Shown piece by piece: positions 12,959 to 25,059 of a stretch of 64,000 bases of DNA. A program made the position numbers and the translations under genes. This DNA comes from Malacoraja senta (lineage: Eukaryota). The notes under the pieces were generated by a model, which was given only the letters and a program-made list of their open reading frames with translations, was not told where the DNA came from and did no database searches. Numbering within the stretch: position 1 is the first letter of the stretch; every line of letters begins with the position of its first letter. The stretch spans positions 19,904,001-19,968,000 of the forward strand of contig CM075987.1 in the NCBI GenBank assembly GCA_038087875.1, read 5' to 3'.

Positions 12959-13828
12959 CCACATTATACTGCATCTGCCATGCTATTCCCACTCACCCAA
13001 CCTATCTAAGTCACCCTGCAGCCTCATAGAATCCTCCTTGCAGCTCACACTGCCACCCAGCTTTGTATCATCTGCAAACTTGGAGATGTTACATTTAATT
13101 ATTTTGTCAAAATCGTTAATATTTATTGTAAATAACTGGGGTCCTAGCACCGAGCCTTGAGGCACCCATTAGTCACTGCCTGACATTCTGAAAAGGACCA
13201 GTTAATTCGTAATCTTTGCTTCCTGTCTGCCAACCAGTTCTCTATCTATGTCAATACCCTACCCACAATACCATGTGCTCTAATTTTGCACACACATCTC
13301 TTGTGTGGGACCTTGTCAAAGGCTTTTTGAAAGTCCAGATACACCACATCCACTGGCTCTCCCTTATCCAGTTTACATGTTACATCCTCAAAAAATTCCA
13401 GATAAGTCGAGCATGATTTCCTCTTCATAAATCCATGCTGACTAATCCTGTCACTGCTTTCCAAATGCGCTGCTATAACATCTTTAATAATCGACTCGAG
13501 CATCTTCCCCACTACCGATGTAAGGCTAACTGGTCTATAATTCCACGTTTTCTTTCTCCCTGTAAAAGTGTAGTTACATTTATAGAGATAATTTTAAATT
13601 TGTTTATCCTGCCCATTGTATGAACCTTCCAAACAATTGCTGAATATAAACTTGCGTTAGTCATGTTAGTATAGACAATGCAAGTACTTTAACCTACCTA
13701 CATAAATTGAAGCCCTGGACTTATTCAACATCAATTTAGTGAAACAAATGAATTATAGGGAATACCTGGAAGTGTCATTTTTGAATATGAAGTTTAGGAG
13801 ATCTAACTCTCATTTCCTTATCTTACAG

Positions 13829-13882
13829 GGCCATAAAGGTGAACCTGGCATCTCTCCAGGAAAAGCACTCAATGGACACAAG
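13829..13882 (+). CDS. COL27A1: Collagen XXVII alpha-1 exon, 54 bp (GHKGEPGISPGKALNGHK), containing a Gly-X-Y interruption
   Basis: tttccttatcttacag acceptor, AAG|gttaga donor, phase 0, 18 codons. Resembles recalled human COL27A1 GQKGDPGLSPGKAHDGAK more than COL24A1. Confidence 0.9.
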
Positions 13883-14675
13883 GTTAGAATGAAGAATATT
13901 GCTCCGAGCAATAGTTTACAGTTATATGCAGAGAAACATAATGTAAGGTACTCAAAGAAGGAAATGTATTATTAAATTACGCAATAAAAAGTGTCGATGC
14001 TGATGTTGATTTCGGTATGTATTCTCAAACCAAACTAAGTGTGAAGTCTTTTATGTCTAAACTAAACTAAACAAGTCCTAAGCTTTGAACATGGGTAAGT
14101 ATACCACGATTGAACATTGATACGTTGCAGCTTAAGTTTGTAATGAGTCACAACAACAACCAATCTGCATTGTTAGGTGGGTCAACAGTGTTTAATTATC
14201 ATATGTGCCAGCAATGGTATAATGAAATTCTTTTTGCAATGCAAATTAGTAGTAGCAAACTGAAGACAATGCAGTATTTAGTAAAAAAAAAGACACAAAC
14301 TTCAAATACAGAAAATAGCAAACCACAAGTTGTAAGCAAAATATTTTGTTGAAAAAATGAGAAAAAGCACTTCCATCGTGGGAATCACTGATTGTAAAAT
14401 GGACCTTTGGTGTTACAGCAGAGTGTGTTCATATCTGGAACACCCTTTGTGGAGAGATAGAAAATTAGATACTATAATGTAAACATATTAACAGGCATTC
14501 TTTGGTGGTTTTAAGATTTTCAGATGCATGCTGATATTGATATTTATATCATTAATAAGAGAATACTAAAGCTGTAAGCTACCCTCATGAAATTTGGTTG
14601 GGTATTTTTGTACCATTAACATTAACAGATTTAAACTTATTTTTAACATAAAATTTTGGTTTTGTTGTTTTACAG

Positions 14676-14729
14676 GGTGACCGGGGCCGTCCTGGTGCCC
14701 TGGGGCTGCAAGGACCAAAAGGCCGAAAG
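14676..14729 (+). CDS. COL27A1: Collagen exon, 54 bp (GDRGRPGALGLQGPKGRK)
   Basis: ttttgttgttttacag acceptor, AAG|gtaggc donor, six perfect Gly-X-Y triplets. Confidence 0.92.
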
Positions 14730-16515
14730 GTAGGCAATTTATTACTTATTTACCTGGTTTTGTTTATTTTTTATTGAGAATTTTAAAATGAATTTAAGGA
14801 ATAAGTGAAGCACTAATTAACAATCAAGGAGGGCAGGGTTAATGGAAAGTTAGAATATTGCATTTAAGATATGTGATTGTTTGGATGATTGTGTCAGAAT
14901 TGGTAACATTGCGAACTGAGTATATATCATCTGCGCTTTGCTGACGATTGAGCGGCTCTGCACTGGTGTGATTGTGATGAATATCACCTTGGCTTCTTTT
15001 TGAGTTATGTTACTAGAACTGCCAGGAGAAACATCCTGCAGTTGGCTCAGCCAATGTGTACATTTTTTTTACGGAAGACATTTCCAGCTTGCAGCCAGGG
15101 TCATTCATTTCTTTGAAAAAATCTTTGGCTATTCACAAAGAAATAGTACAACTGTTTCACAATGAATGTATTAGTTTTCACTTGTAAAATTGATGCCAAC
15201 TTGCTGGTAGTGATTCAGGGTCTGCAATATCAAATCTTTGAACACTTAATGTAAAGATAGTCCCTGTTGAACTTCCAAGTTGATCTGGATAAAGACAATA
15301 ATGGCATTCATTTGACAATGCTGAAACCGATTTGAATATAAATGTGAACCACTCGTTTACAACCTTAGCACCTCATTGCAGTTCAAGATCAATGATATCA
15401 ACTTGATTTGAGAAGGGGGATAGGTTGACAAAGTTTGAAGTCTTCAATCCTAATTTAGGACCAGCAAATAGACCATGGTGTATATTTATAGCACTCAGCA
15501 AGAGGATTTTCTGGAAATTTTGAATCATTGGAAAAAAAACGTGTAACAGGTTCTGCACTGTAGTCCATTATAACTTAATAGAACCATTGAATTTGCTGAT
15601 CAGAAAAGGCACCATCATACATGCGAGAATCTGCCATAAAAGATCAGGTAGCTAACAGAATTTTAGAATATTTGTTTTTCGTTGGGTGTTCTGTAAAATA
15701 AAGGATCTATTCCCTCAGAATATATCACTCTGCAAAGAGCTGAACTTGTCATCTTTCTTTCATTCTCCAAATCTGTTTTTCTGTTGTTTTAATGCTCTTC
15801 CTCATTGTTTCCTCACTATTTGTTGTGTCCCTTAATTTGATTTTGTTAGGAAACTTTTTTATGATTATCACTTCCCTTTGTCAAATTCATTTATAAATAA
15901 TGAAAGCAAATTGATCATTTCAAAGACTATTTGAGCAGTATCATTAACTATATTCTATCAGATTTAGATTTTTTTGTTTTCTGGGCTCATCTCATGCTAC
16001 TCCATGTAGCTACAGGATTAACATTTTTAAATTTTACAGCAGCAACTAGTTAGAACTTAATTGAAAGCACCTTTCAAACTAGCTGCTTCTACTACCTAGA
16101 AGGACAAGAAAAGTTGGTGCATTGTAATAAACTACCACCAAGTTCTGCTTTAATCAGTAACTTTCCTATTGCAATAAAGTGCAGCACCCTTTCAACGGTG
16201 GTGGTGGGGGGGGGGGGGGGGGGGGGAATGGTCCTTGTGGCACCATACAAGGGCCAAGCTACCCTTTTTTCACAGAGTACTACAATTTCCAGGAAATATA
16301 GACAACTGCGTTAAAGCTTGGTCTAAAACCTGCAGCTCCCAACAGTAGAATGGGCGTACCTTCATCACATGGACCCAAGAGGTTGAGGAAGAGTGGTTCA
16401 CCACTGGCTTCCCAGGTAAAACAAGAAAGGGCAACAAACAGTAGTTTTGCCAGTGACGGTTCTTAAGCAGCACACATCCTGAATAGTTACACTGTCATTT
16501 TATGGCGTATGGATG

Positions 16516-16803
16516 GAACGGTGGCGCAGCGGCAGAGTTGCTGCCTTACAGCAGCAGAGACCTGGGTTCGATCCTGACTAACGGTTCTCCCTGTGACTGC
16601 GTGGGTTTTCCCCGGGTGCTCAGATTTCCTCCCGCAATCTAAAGACGTAAAGGTTTGTAGGTTAATAGACTTTGTTAAAAATTGTAAATTGTCCCGAGTG
16701 TGTTGTGTGTGCTAGTGTAACAGGGATCGCTGGTCGGTACGAACTCGGTGGACCGAAGGCCCTGTTTCCTATCTGTATCTCTAAACTGAACTAAACTAAA
16801 CTG
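16516..16803 (+). mobile_element. tRNA-derived V-SINE (HE1-like) with CR1-type tail
   Basis: Box A TGGCGCAGCGG, box B GGTTCGATCC, V-domain-like GCGTGGGTTTTCCCCGGGTGCTC, (CTAAA)n tail. Confidence 0.85.
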
Positions 16804-17319
16804 ATAGCAGAAAAAAAGAAATTCATGAGTGGTCCATGGAGCAGTTAACATCTTGAGATAGATAAAGATTGAGATTTTCTTAAGACTTTTATGAGAGCCA
16901 TTGGTGCTTTCGATTTCCACACTAAAATTTAAAGAGATGATCTAAACTTTGGCAGGTCGAAGCTCCCCCTTCAGCCAGTTAACATTGCAGGGGTGGACTT
17001 TGAGGTGGTGCAGACATACAAATATCTGGGAGTGCACCTTGATAACAAACTGGACTGGTCTGTCAACACCGATGCCATCTACAAAAAAGGACAGAGCAGT
17101 CTCTTTTTCCTCAGAAGGCTCAGATCCTTCGATGTGTGCATTGAAATGCTCTACTTGTTTTACCATACTGTTGTTGCAAGTGTCATCATCTATGCTATTG
17201 TCTGCTGGGGTAACAACATCACTGATAAAAACAGCAAGAAGCTGGACAAGCTGGTGAAAAGAGCTAGCTCAGTGCTGGGGGGAGAGTGGACTCTGTGGTG
17301 GCTGTGCTTGAGAGGTGTA

Positions 17320-18940
17320 CAGTGGCTTGCAAAAGTATTCATACCCCTTGAACTTTTCCACATTTTGTCACGTTACAGCCACAAACGTAAATGTATTTTA
17401 TTGGGATTTTATGTGATAGACCAACACAAAGTGGCGCATAATTGTGAAGTGGAAGGAAAATTATACATGGTTTTCAAATTTTTTTACAAATAAAAAACTG
17501 AAAAATGTCGCGTGCAAAAGTATTCAGCCCCCTTTACTCTGATACCCCTAAATAAAATCCAGTGCAACCAATTGCCTTCAGAAGTCACCTAATTAGTAAA
17601 TAGAGTCCACTTGTGTGTAATCTAATCTCAGTATAAATACAGCTGTTCTGTGAAGACCTCAGAGGTTTGTTAGAGAACATTAGTGAACAAACAGCATCAT
17701 GAAGCCCAAGGAACACACCAGACAGGTCAGGGATAAAGTTGTGGAGAAGTTTAAAGCAGGGTTAGGTTATAAACAAATATCCCAAGCTTTGAACATCTTA
17801 CGGAGCACTGTTCAATCCATCATCCGAAAATGGAAAGAGTATTGCACAACTGCAAACCTACCAAGACATGGCCGTCCACCTAAACTGACAGGCCGGGCAA
17901 GGAGAGCATTGATCAGAGAAGCAGCCAAGAGGCCCATGGTAACTCTGGAGGAGCTGCAGAGATCCACAGTTCAGGTGGGAGAATCTGTCCACAGGACAAC
18001 TATTAGTCGTGCACTCCACAAATCGGGTCATTATGGAAGAGTGGCAAGAAGAAAGCCATTGTTGGAAAAAAAGCCATAAGAAGTCCCGTTTGCAGTTTGC
18101 CACAAGCCATGTGGGGGACACAGCAAACATGTGGAGGAAGGTGCTCTGGTCAGATGAGACCAAAATTGAAGTTTTTGGCTTAAATGCAAAACGCTATGTG
18201 TGGCGGAAACCTAACACTGCACATCACCCTGAACACACCATCCCCACTGTGAAACATGGTGGTGGCAGCATCATGCTGTGGGGATGCTTTTCTTCAGCAG
18301 GGACAGGGAAGCTGGTCAGAGTTGATGGGAAGATGGATGGAGCCAAATACAGGGCAATCTTAGAAGAAAACCTGTTAGAGTCTGCAAAAGACTTGAGACT
18401 GGGGCGGAGGTTCACCTTCCAGCAGGACAACGACCCTAAACATACAACCAGAGCTACAATGGAATGGTTTAGATCAAAGCATATTCATGTGTTAGAATGG
18501 CCCAGTCAAGTCCAGACCTAAATCCAATTGAGAATCTCTGGCAAGACTTGAAAATTGCTGTTCACAGACGCTCTCCATCCAATCTGACTGAGCTTGAGCT
18601 ATTTTGCAAAGAAGAATGGGCAAAAATTTCAGTCTCTAGATGTGCAAAGCTGGTAGAGACATACCCCCAAATGACTTGCAGCTGTAATTGCAGCGAAAGG
18701 TGGTTCTACAAAGTATTGACTCAGGGGAGCTGAATACTTTTGCACGCGACACTTTTCAGTTTTTTATTTGTAAACCATTTTTATTGAAAACCATGTATCA
18801 TTTTCCTTCCACTTCACAATTATGCACCACTTTGTGTTGGTCTATCACATAAATCCCAATAAAATGCATTTACGTTTGTGGTTATAACGTGACAAAATGT
18901 GAAAAAGTTCAAGGGGTATGAAAACTTTTGCAAGCCACTG
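17320..18940 (+). mobile_element. Full-length IR/DR Tc1 transposon, Passport-like
   Basis: TA|CAGTGGCTTGCAAAAG ... CTTTTGCAAGCCACTG|TA; about 210-bp inverted repeats with inner direct repeats; 1621 bp. Confidence 0.95.
17699..18719 (+). pseudogene. DD34E Tc1 transposase with about three frameshifts
   Basis: [29 protein letters not shown] and terminal KGGSTKY*; frame changes near 18070, 18510 and 18665. Confidence 0.92.
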
Positions 18941-19486
18941 TATGAGGAGCGAGGTGCAGGTCATCCTCAACAACTCCGGGCACCCCCTCCATGAAACTCT
19001 GGAGGGTCAGAGGAGCACACGGAACAACAACCGGCTCCTCTCCCTGTGCTGTAGAACAGAGCCTTCACCCCTGCAGCCATTAGATTTTATAATACTGACC
19101 GTTAAGCTGTATGGGGATGCTTTGCACTTTTAATATTGGGTTCTTTTTAAGTATTTATTGCTTTTATGTATTGTCCGTATTTTATGTATTGTCTGCTTTA
19201 CGTTCTGACTGTGTTGGCTACTGGACATCTGAATATCTATCTATCTACCTATCCTTGTTAAAATTGTGTACTTGATGGACCCTTTCTCAAGATCTTAGTG
19301 TTTGACAAAAATGACCTCCCAGAAATTCAGAGCTTGGCTCTGAATCGTATGTCTCTATTTCCTGGCTTATCCCTTTCCCTTTTTTCACAGAGAGAGTGTA
19401 TTTTCCTATACTTATTATATACACAATTCATAAAACCATAGAAAATGTGTGCTGAACGGCTCTTTATTCTCTTAACCTGTCTCCTT

Positions 19487-22400
19487 CAATAGACAATAGA
19501 CAATAGGTGCAGGAGTAGGCCATTCAGCCCTTTGAGCAAGCACCGCCATTCAGTATGATCATGGCTGATCATCCACAATCAGTACCCTGTTCCTGCCTTC
19601 TCCCCATATCCCTTGACTCCACTATCTTTAAGAGCTCTTTCTAGCTCTCTCTTGAAAGCACCCAGAGAGCCAGCCTCCACTGCCTTCTGAGGCAGAGATT
19701 TCCACAAATCACAACTCTCTGTGTGAAAACGTTTTTCTTCATCTCCGTTCTAAATGGCTTACCCCTTATTCTTAAACTGTGGGCCTTGCTTCTGGACTCC
19801 CCCAACATCGGTAACATGTTTCTTGCCTCTAGCATGTCCAAACCCTTAATAATCTTATATGTTTCAATAAGATCCCCTCTGATCCTTCAAAACTCCAGAG
19901 TATATAAGCTCAGCCGCTCCATTCTATCAACATATGACAGTCCCGCCGTCCCGGGAATTAACCTGGTGAACCTACGCTGCACTCCCTCAATAGCAAGAAT
20001 GTCCTTCCTCAAATTGGGAGAGCAAAACTGCACACAATACTAGGTGTGGTCTCACTAGGGCCCTGTACAACTGCAGAAGGACCGCTTTGCTCCTATACTC
20101 AACTCCTCTTGTTATGAAGGCCAACATGCCATTTGCTTTCTTCACTGCCTGCTGTACCTGTATGCTTACTGTCATTGACTGATGAACAAGGACCCCCAGA
20201 TCCCGTTGTACTTCCCCTTTTCCCAACTTGATTGCATTTAGATAATAATCAGCTTCCTGTTTTTGCCACCAAAGTGGATAACCTCACACTTATCCACATT
20301 AAACTGCATCTGCCATGCATCTGCCCACTCACCCAACCTATCCAAGTCACCCTGCATCCTCATAGCATTCTCTTCACAGTTCACACTGCCACCCAGCTTT
20401 GTGTCATCTGCAAATTTGCTAATGTTACTTTTAATCCCTTCATTTAAATCATTAATGTAAATTGTAAATAACTGCGGTCCCAGCACCGAGCCTTGCGGTA
20501 CCACACTAGTCATTGCCTGCCATTCTGAAAGGGACCCGTTAATCCCTACTCTTTGTTTCCTGTCTGCCAACCAATTTTCTATCCATGTCAGCACCCTACC
20601 CCCAATACTGTGCGCTCTAATGTTTCCCACTAATCTCCTATGCGGGACCTTATCAAATGCTTTCTGAAAGTCCAGGTACACTACATCTACTGGCTCTCCC
20701 TTGTCCATTTTCCTAGTTACATCCTCAAAAAATTCCAGAAGATTAGTCGAGCATGATTTCCCCTTCATAAATCCATGCTGACTCGGACCTATCCCGCTAC
20801 TGCTATCCAAATGTTCCGCTATTTCATCTTTATAATTGACTCCAGCATCTTCCCCACCACCGATGTCAGGCTAACTGGTCTATAATTCCCCGTTTTCTCT
20901 CTCCCGCCTTTTTTAAAAAGTGGGATAACATTAGCTACCCTCCAATCCACAGGAACTGATCCTGAAACTATAGAACATTGGAAAAAGATCACCAATGCGT
21001 CTACAATTTCTAGAGCCACTTCCTTAAGTACCCTGGGATGCAGACCATCAGGCCCTGGGGATGTATTTGCCTTCAGTCCCATCAGTCTACCCAACACCAT
21101 TTCCTGTCTAATGTGGACACTAGTACATCAGGGAGATTGTTTGTGTCCTCCTTAATGAAGATGGATCCAAAGTACCTGTTCAACTTGTCTGCCATTTCCT
21201 TGTTCCCCATAATAAATTCACCTTTTTCAGTCTTCAAGGGTCCAACTTTGGTCTTAACTAATTTTTTCCTCTTCTCATACCTAAAGAAGCTTTTATTATC
21301 CTCCTTTATACTCTTGGCTAGCAAACCTTAGTACCTCATCTTTTCTCCACGTGTATTGCCTTTTTAGTTATCTTCTGTTGCTCTTTAAAAGTTGCCTAAT
21401 CCTCCGGCTTCCCGCTCAACTTTGCTATGTTATACTTCTTCTGGTTTTTTTTTATACTGTCCCTGACTTCCCTTGTCAGCCACGGTCACCCCTTACTCCC
21501 CTTGGAATCTTTCTTCCTCTTTGGAATGAACTGATCCTGCACCTTCTGTATTGTTCCCAGAAATACCTGCCAATGTTGCTCCACTGTCATCCCTGCTAGG
21601 GTACCTTTCTAGTCAACTTTGGCCAGCTCCTCCCTCATGGCCCCATTGTCCCCTTTGTTCAACTGTAATACTGACACCTCTGATTTACCCTTCTCCCTCT
21701 CAAATTGTAGATTAAAACTTATCATATTATGGTCACTACCTCCTAATGGCTCCTTTACCTCGAGTTCCCTTATCAAATCCGATTCATTACACAACATTAA
21801 ATCTAGAATTGCCTTCTCCCTGGTAGGCTCCAGTACAAGCTGCTCTAAGAATCCATCATGGAGGCACTCCACAAACCCTTTTTTTTTGGGGTCCAGTACC
21901 AACGTGATTTTCCCAGTCTACCTGCATGTTGAAATCTCCCATAACAACCGTAGCATTACCTTTACGACATGCCAATTTTAACTCTTGATTGAACTTGTAC
22001 CCTATAACCAGGCCATTGTTTGGGGGCCTGTGGATAAGTCCCATTGGGGTCTTATTACCCTTACAATTCCTTAGTTTTATCCATACTGACCACATCTCCT
22101 GTTTCAATGTCACCCCTTGCAAAGGACTGAATTTCATTCCTCACCAACAGAGCTACCCCACCCCCTCTGCCCACCCATCTGTCTTTTAGATGGGACGTAT
22201 ACCCTTGAATATTCAGTTCCCAGCCCTGGCCCTCTTGCAGCCATGTCTCTTTAATTCCCACAACATCATACTTGCCAATTTCTAACTGAGCCTCAAGCTC
22301 GTCCACTTTATTTCTTATACTTCACGCATTCATATACAACACTAACTTCGGTATTCACCTCCCCTCTCACAACGATCACTATTAGCCCTGATCTTACTCT

Positions 22401-23070
22401 CTTATCCCTTCTCAAACTTTCCTTCCCATTAATTCGTCTTTTGTAAATTTTCCTGTACTCACTTCCCCTTTAACTCTATCTTTATACTCCCAATTTGTCA
22501 ACCCCCCCCCCCCCCACACTATTTAGTTTAAACCCACCCGTGTAGCCCTAGCAAACCTGCCTCCCAGAATGTTAGTCACCCTCCAGTTAAGGTGTAACCC
22601 GTCCCTTTTGTACTGGTCACCCCCCCCCCCCCAGAAGAGACCCCAGTGGTCTATAAAGCTAAATCTTTGCTCCCTGCACCAGCCCCCCAGCCACACATTC
22701 AAATCCACTATCTCTCTGTTCCTGCCCTGACTACCACGAGGTACTGGAAGCAATCCAGAGATAACCACCCTAGAAGACCTGCTTTTCAGTCTTCTTCCTA
22801 ACTCTCTGAACTCGCTTTGCAGAACCTCCTTCCTCTTCTTCCCGATGTCGTTTGTGCCCACGTGCACAACTACTGCCGACTGTTCACCGTCCCTCTCGAA
22901 GATGTTCTGAATTCGGTTTATGATATCTTGAACCCTGGCACCAGGGAGGCAACAGACCATCCTCGAGTCTCGCCTTCCACCACAGAATCTCCAGTCTGCA
23001 CCTCGGACAATGGAGTCACCCACCACTATAGCTCTGCCCGACGTCGGTCTTGCCAGTTGAGTCTCATCAC
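19487..23070 (-). mobile_element. Long CR1 LINE (ORF1 esterase + APE/RT ORF2), decayed
   Basis: APE motifs (VVGIKETWL, MGDFN, ILDLML, GGSDHNMI), RT motifs (YRPVSLTS, YLDFQKAFD, FADD); (CAATAGA)n on + strand at 19487-19506 is the tail. Confidence 0.93.
22523..23030 (-). pseudogene. CR1 ORF1 SGNH/GDSL esterase domain
   Basis: IVVGDSIVR, CCLPGA, HVGTND and DGLHLN blocks in one open frame. Confidence 0.88.
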
Positions 23071-24321
23071 TAGGATTGAAATCTTCAGATTTCAAAGATA
23101 CCTTATTTTTAACAAATGACTTTTATTTGTTTACTTTTGAATATTTCTCATTTTGGCTCTTTGACATCTTTGTTCCTATTCCCTGAAGAACTAATAGAGA
23201 CATTTTCTGTAAAGTGGACATTTCTTCCTTTCTTCTCAAATTCAATATGGTCTCCATGGAAATCTCATCCATTCATTGGCTTTCATTTTACTCCTTCTAA
23301 ATGTGATGTCATTTGAGTGCATTGCAAAAGAAATAATGTTAACTTCACTCAAAGTACATATACCAAAGCAAATAAACCCAGTGGTATTTAATAGGTGTTT
23401 TTAAAACATTTTGCAGAGCTTATATTTGTATATAAGTTTGTGTTTATACATAACTTAAAAGCTTTGGGATTGCTGCCTCTACCATAGTGAAATACTAGAC
23501 ATGCACATGCTGTTTCTGGTCCTAATGTTATGACAGTCGATTCATCTGTTTATTATTTCCTGAGATCTTATTTTAACAGACAATTCAATGGAAATCAGTG
23601 AATTAATTATTGACTACAAGCATTGATCTGAGCAATAGAATTTGAGAAGTATCTGAAACATTTTTTTCTGGAGCATTGCCTAAGATTATCGAATGCAAAA
23701 TTTATTGCAATTGGCATTCAGTAATATGAAATTGCTAATGATCACACTAGAGAATTTATATAAATCTGCGAGAGCTTCCCCGTGAACATCACAAATTCCT
23801 GTTTGCCCGTGAATGAATTCCATTGATAATTGCTGGCAAAGGGGCTAATTGGATCCTCTTAATGGAGTGCTGGCGGATAATGAATGTCACTTGAAAACAT
23901 CTGACTAGTTAATAAATTACTTCTTTATAGCCTGTTGGGATTTTACAGTTATCTAATTTTGATATTTCATTGGCCAACTGAATTCTTAGTTACCGAGCTA
24001 ATTAACTATTTCACTTTATTTCATCATAGAATCATGGAACTGTTCTGGCAGAGAAGGAAGCTATGTACCTTCAAGTAGAATAATCCTATTTGTCCAGTTT
24101 CCTTTTAAAAAAAAACCAAGAATTATTCACTAATATGTCTGCCCAAATTTTCAAAGAGTTTGCTTTTATATTGTGAAACCTATTATATATTAGACAATTT
24201 AACATGATCTAACATCATACATTTTGCTAAAAACAGTTTGAGAGAAATTTCTGCTTATTAATTATTTTAAGGACTACAACAATTATAGGGAGCTTGTAAA
24301 TGATCAAATAATATTAAGAGA

Positions 24322-24405
24322 TAGACAAAAATGCTGGAGAAACTCAGCGGGTGAGGCAGCATCTATGGAGCGAAGGAAATAGGCGAAGTTTTGGGTCGAG
24401 ACTCG
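24322..24405 (-). mobile_element. Penelope terminal-repeat fragment (second subfamily)
   Basis: Reverse complement reads TCTCGACCCAAAACTTCGCCTATTTCC..GCTGAGTTTCTCCAGCATTTTTGTCT; TATTAAGA on both sides. Confidence 0.7.
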
Positions 24406-25059
24406 AATTATTAAGACAGCATATATTAAGACAGCATATGTGCATAACACAGACTTATTGCTCTTAATTTAACTTTTGATAATGCATGCTACGTTGGTTT
24501 ATCAAACAATAGTAGAAACTGCAATCTGAAAGAAATGAAGGGCAAAGAGGATCAAGTTTGTGTCAAGCATACAAACCTATTTGTTTCCAGCATATTCATT
24601 CTATCACTTGTAGAGGAAATCAAATCGATTTCAGAACTATCCTTATCCTAGCCATGAATCGTAGAAAACGTGGCACAAAGTTCTAAAGTAAATGCCATTA
24701 TTGCTCCACCATTCGTTTATCAAGCCAACATTTAACATATACAATACATTTCTCACCACACATAAAAACACGGCACTCTTCGGTCTGTTTGTTCTTATTG
24801 CCATAATTCAATCCCTCTTCATCAAATATATATTTTCCATAAGTCTTGTGGTCGTGCATCTGATGCGCATATGTATCCACAAAAACAATCTCAAGAAACA
24901 TTTAACGCAATTGCACAGCATTATATTCATTTTGTATTCATGGACTGCATCTGTAACCCAGGGTGACTAATTTCTTCACCAAATGACTTTGTAAAACATG
25001 TTAGCCAATTCCACACACGATTGGGTTGTTGTGATCTTCAAATGTGGAAAACACACATA

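Larger units (their letters stand above)
9924..13560 (-). mobile_element. CR1 LINE (segments 9924-10842 and 12959-13560) hosting nested insertions
   Basis: CR1 ORF2 peptides at 10116-10670, 12983-13165 (PQGSVLGP..KFADDTKLGG) and 13246-13512; short-repeat tail at 9924-9940. Confidence 0.88.
16960..19255 (+). mobile_element. Rex1-type LINE 3' fragment split by a Tc1 element (16960-17319 and 18941-19255)
   Basis: YKYLGVHLDNKLDWS..FFLRRLRSF; reading continues across the TA into MRSEVQVILNNSGHPLH; (ATCT)n tail near 19235-19250. Confidence 0.8.

Noticed and set aside
1..13828. Additional collagen exons before 13829 (and after 54314)
   Set aside because: No Gly-X-Y run with splice sites was found by eye; neighbouring exons probably lie outside the window, though one could have been missed.
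13739..13975. 78-aa ORF as a stand-alone gene
   Set aside because: It is the 54-bp collagen exon plus intronic read-through.
16516..16580. tRNA gene
   Set aside because: Boxes A and B belong to a SINE head that runs into a V-domain and LINE-type tail; no cloverleaf.
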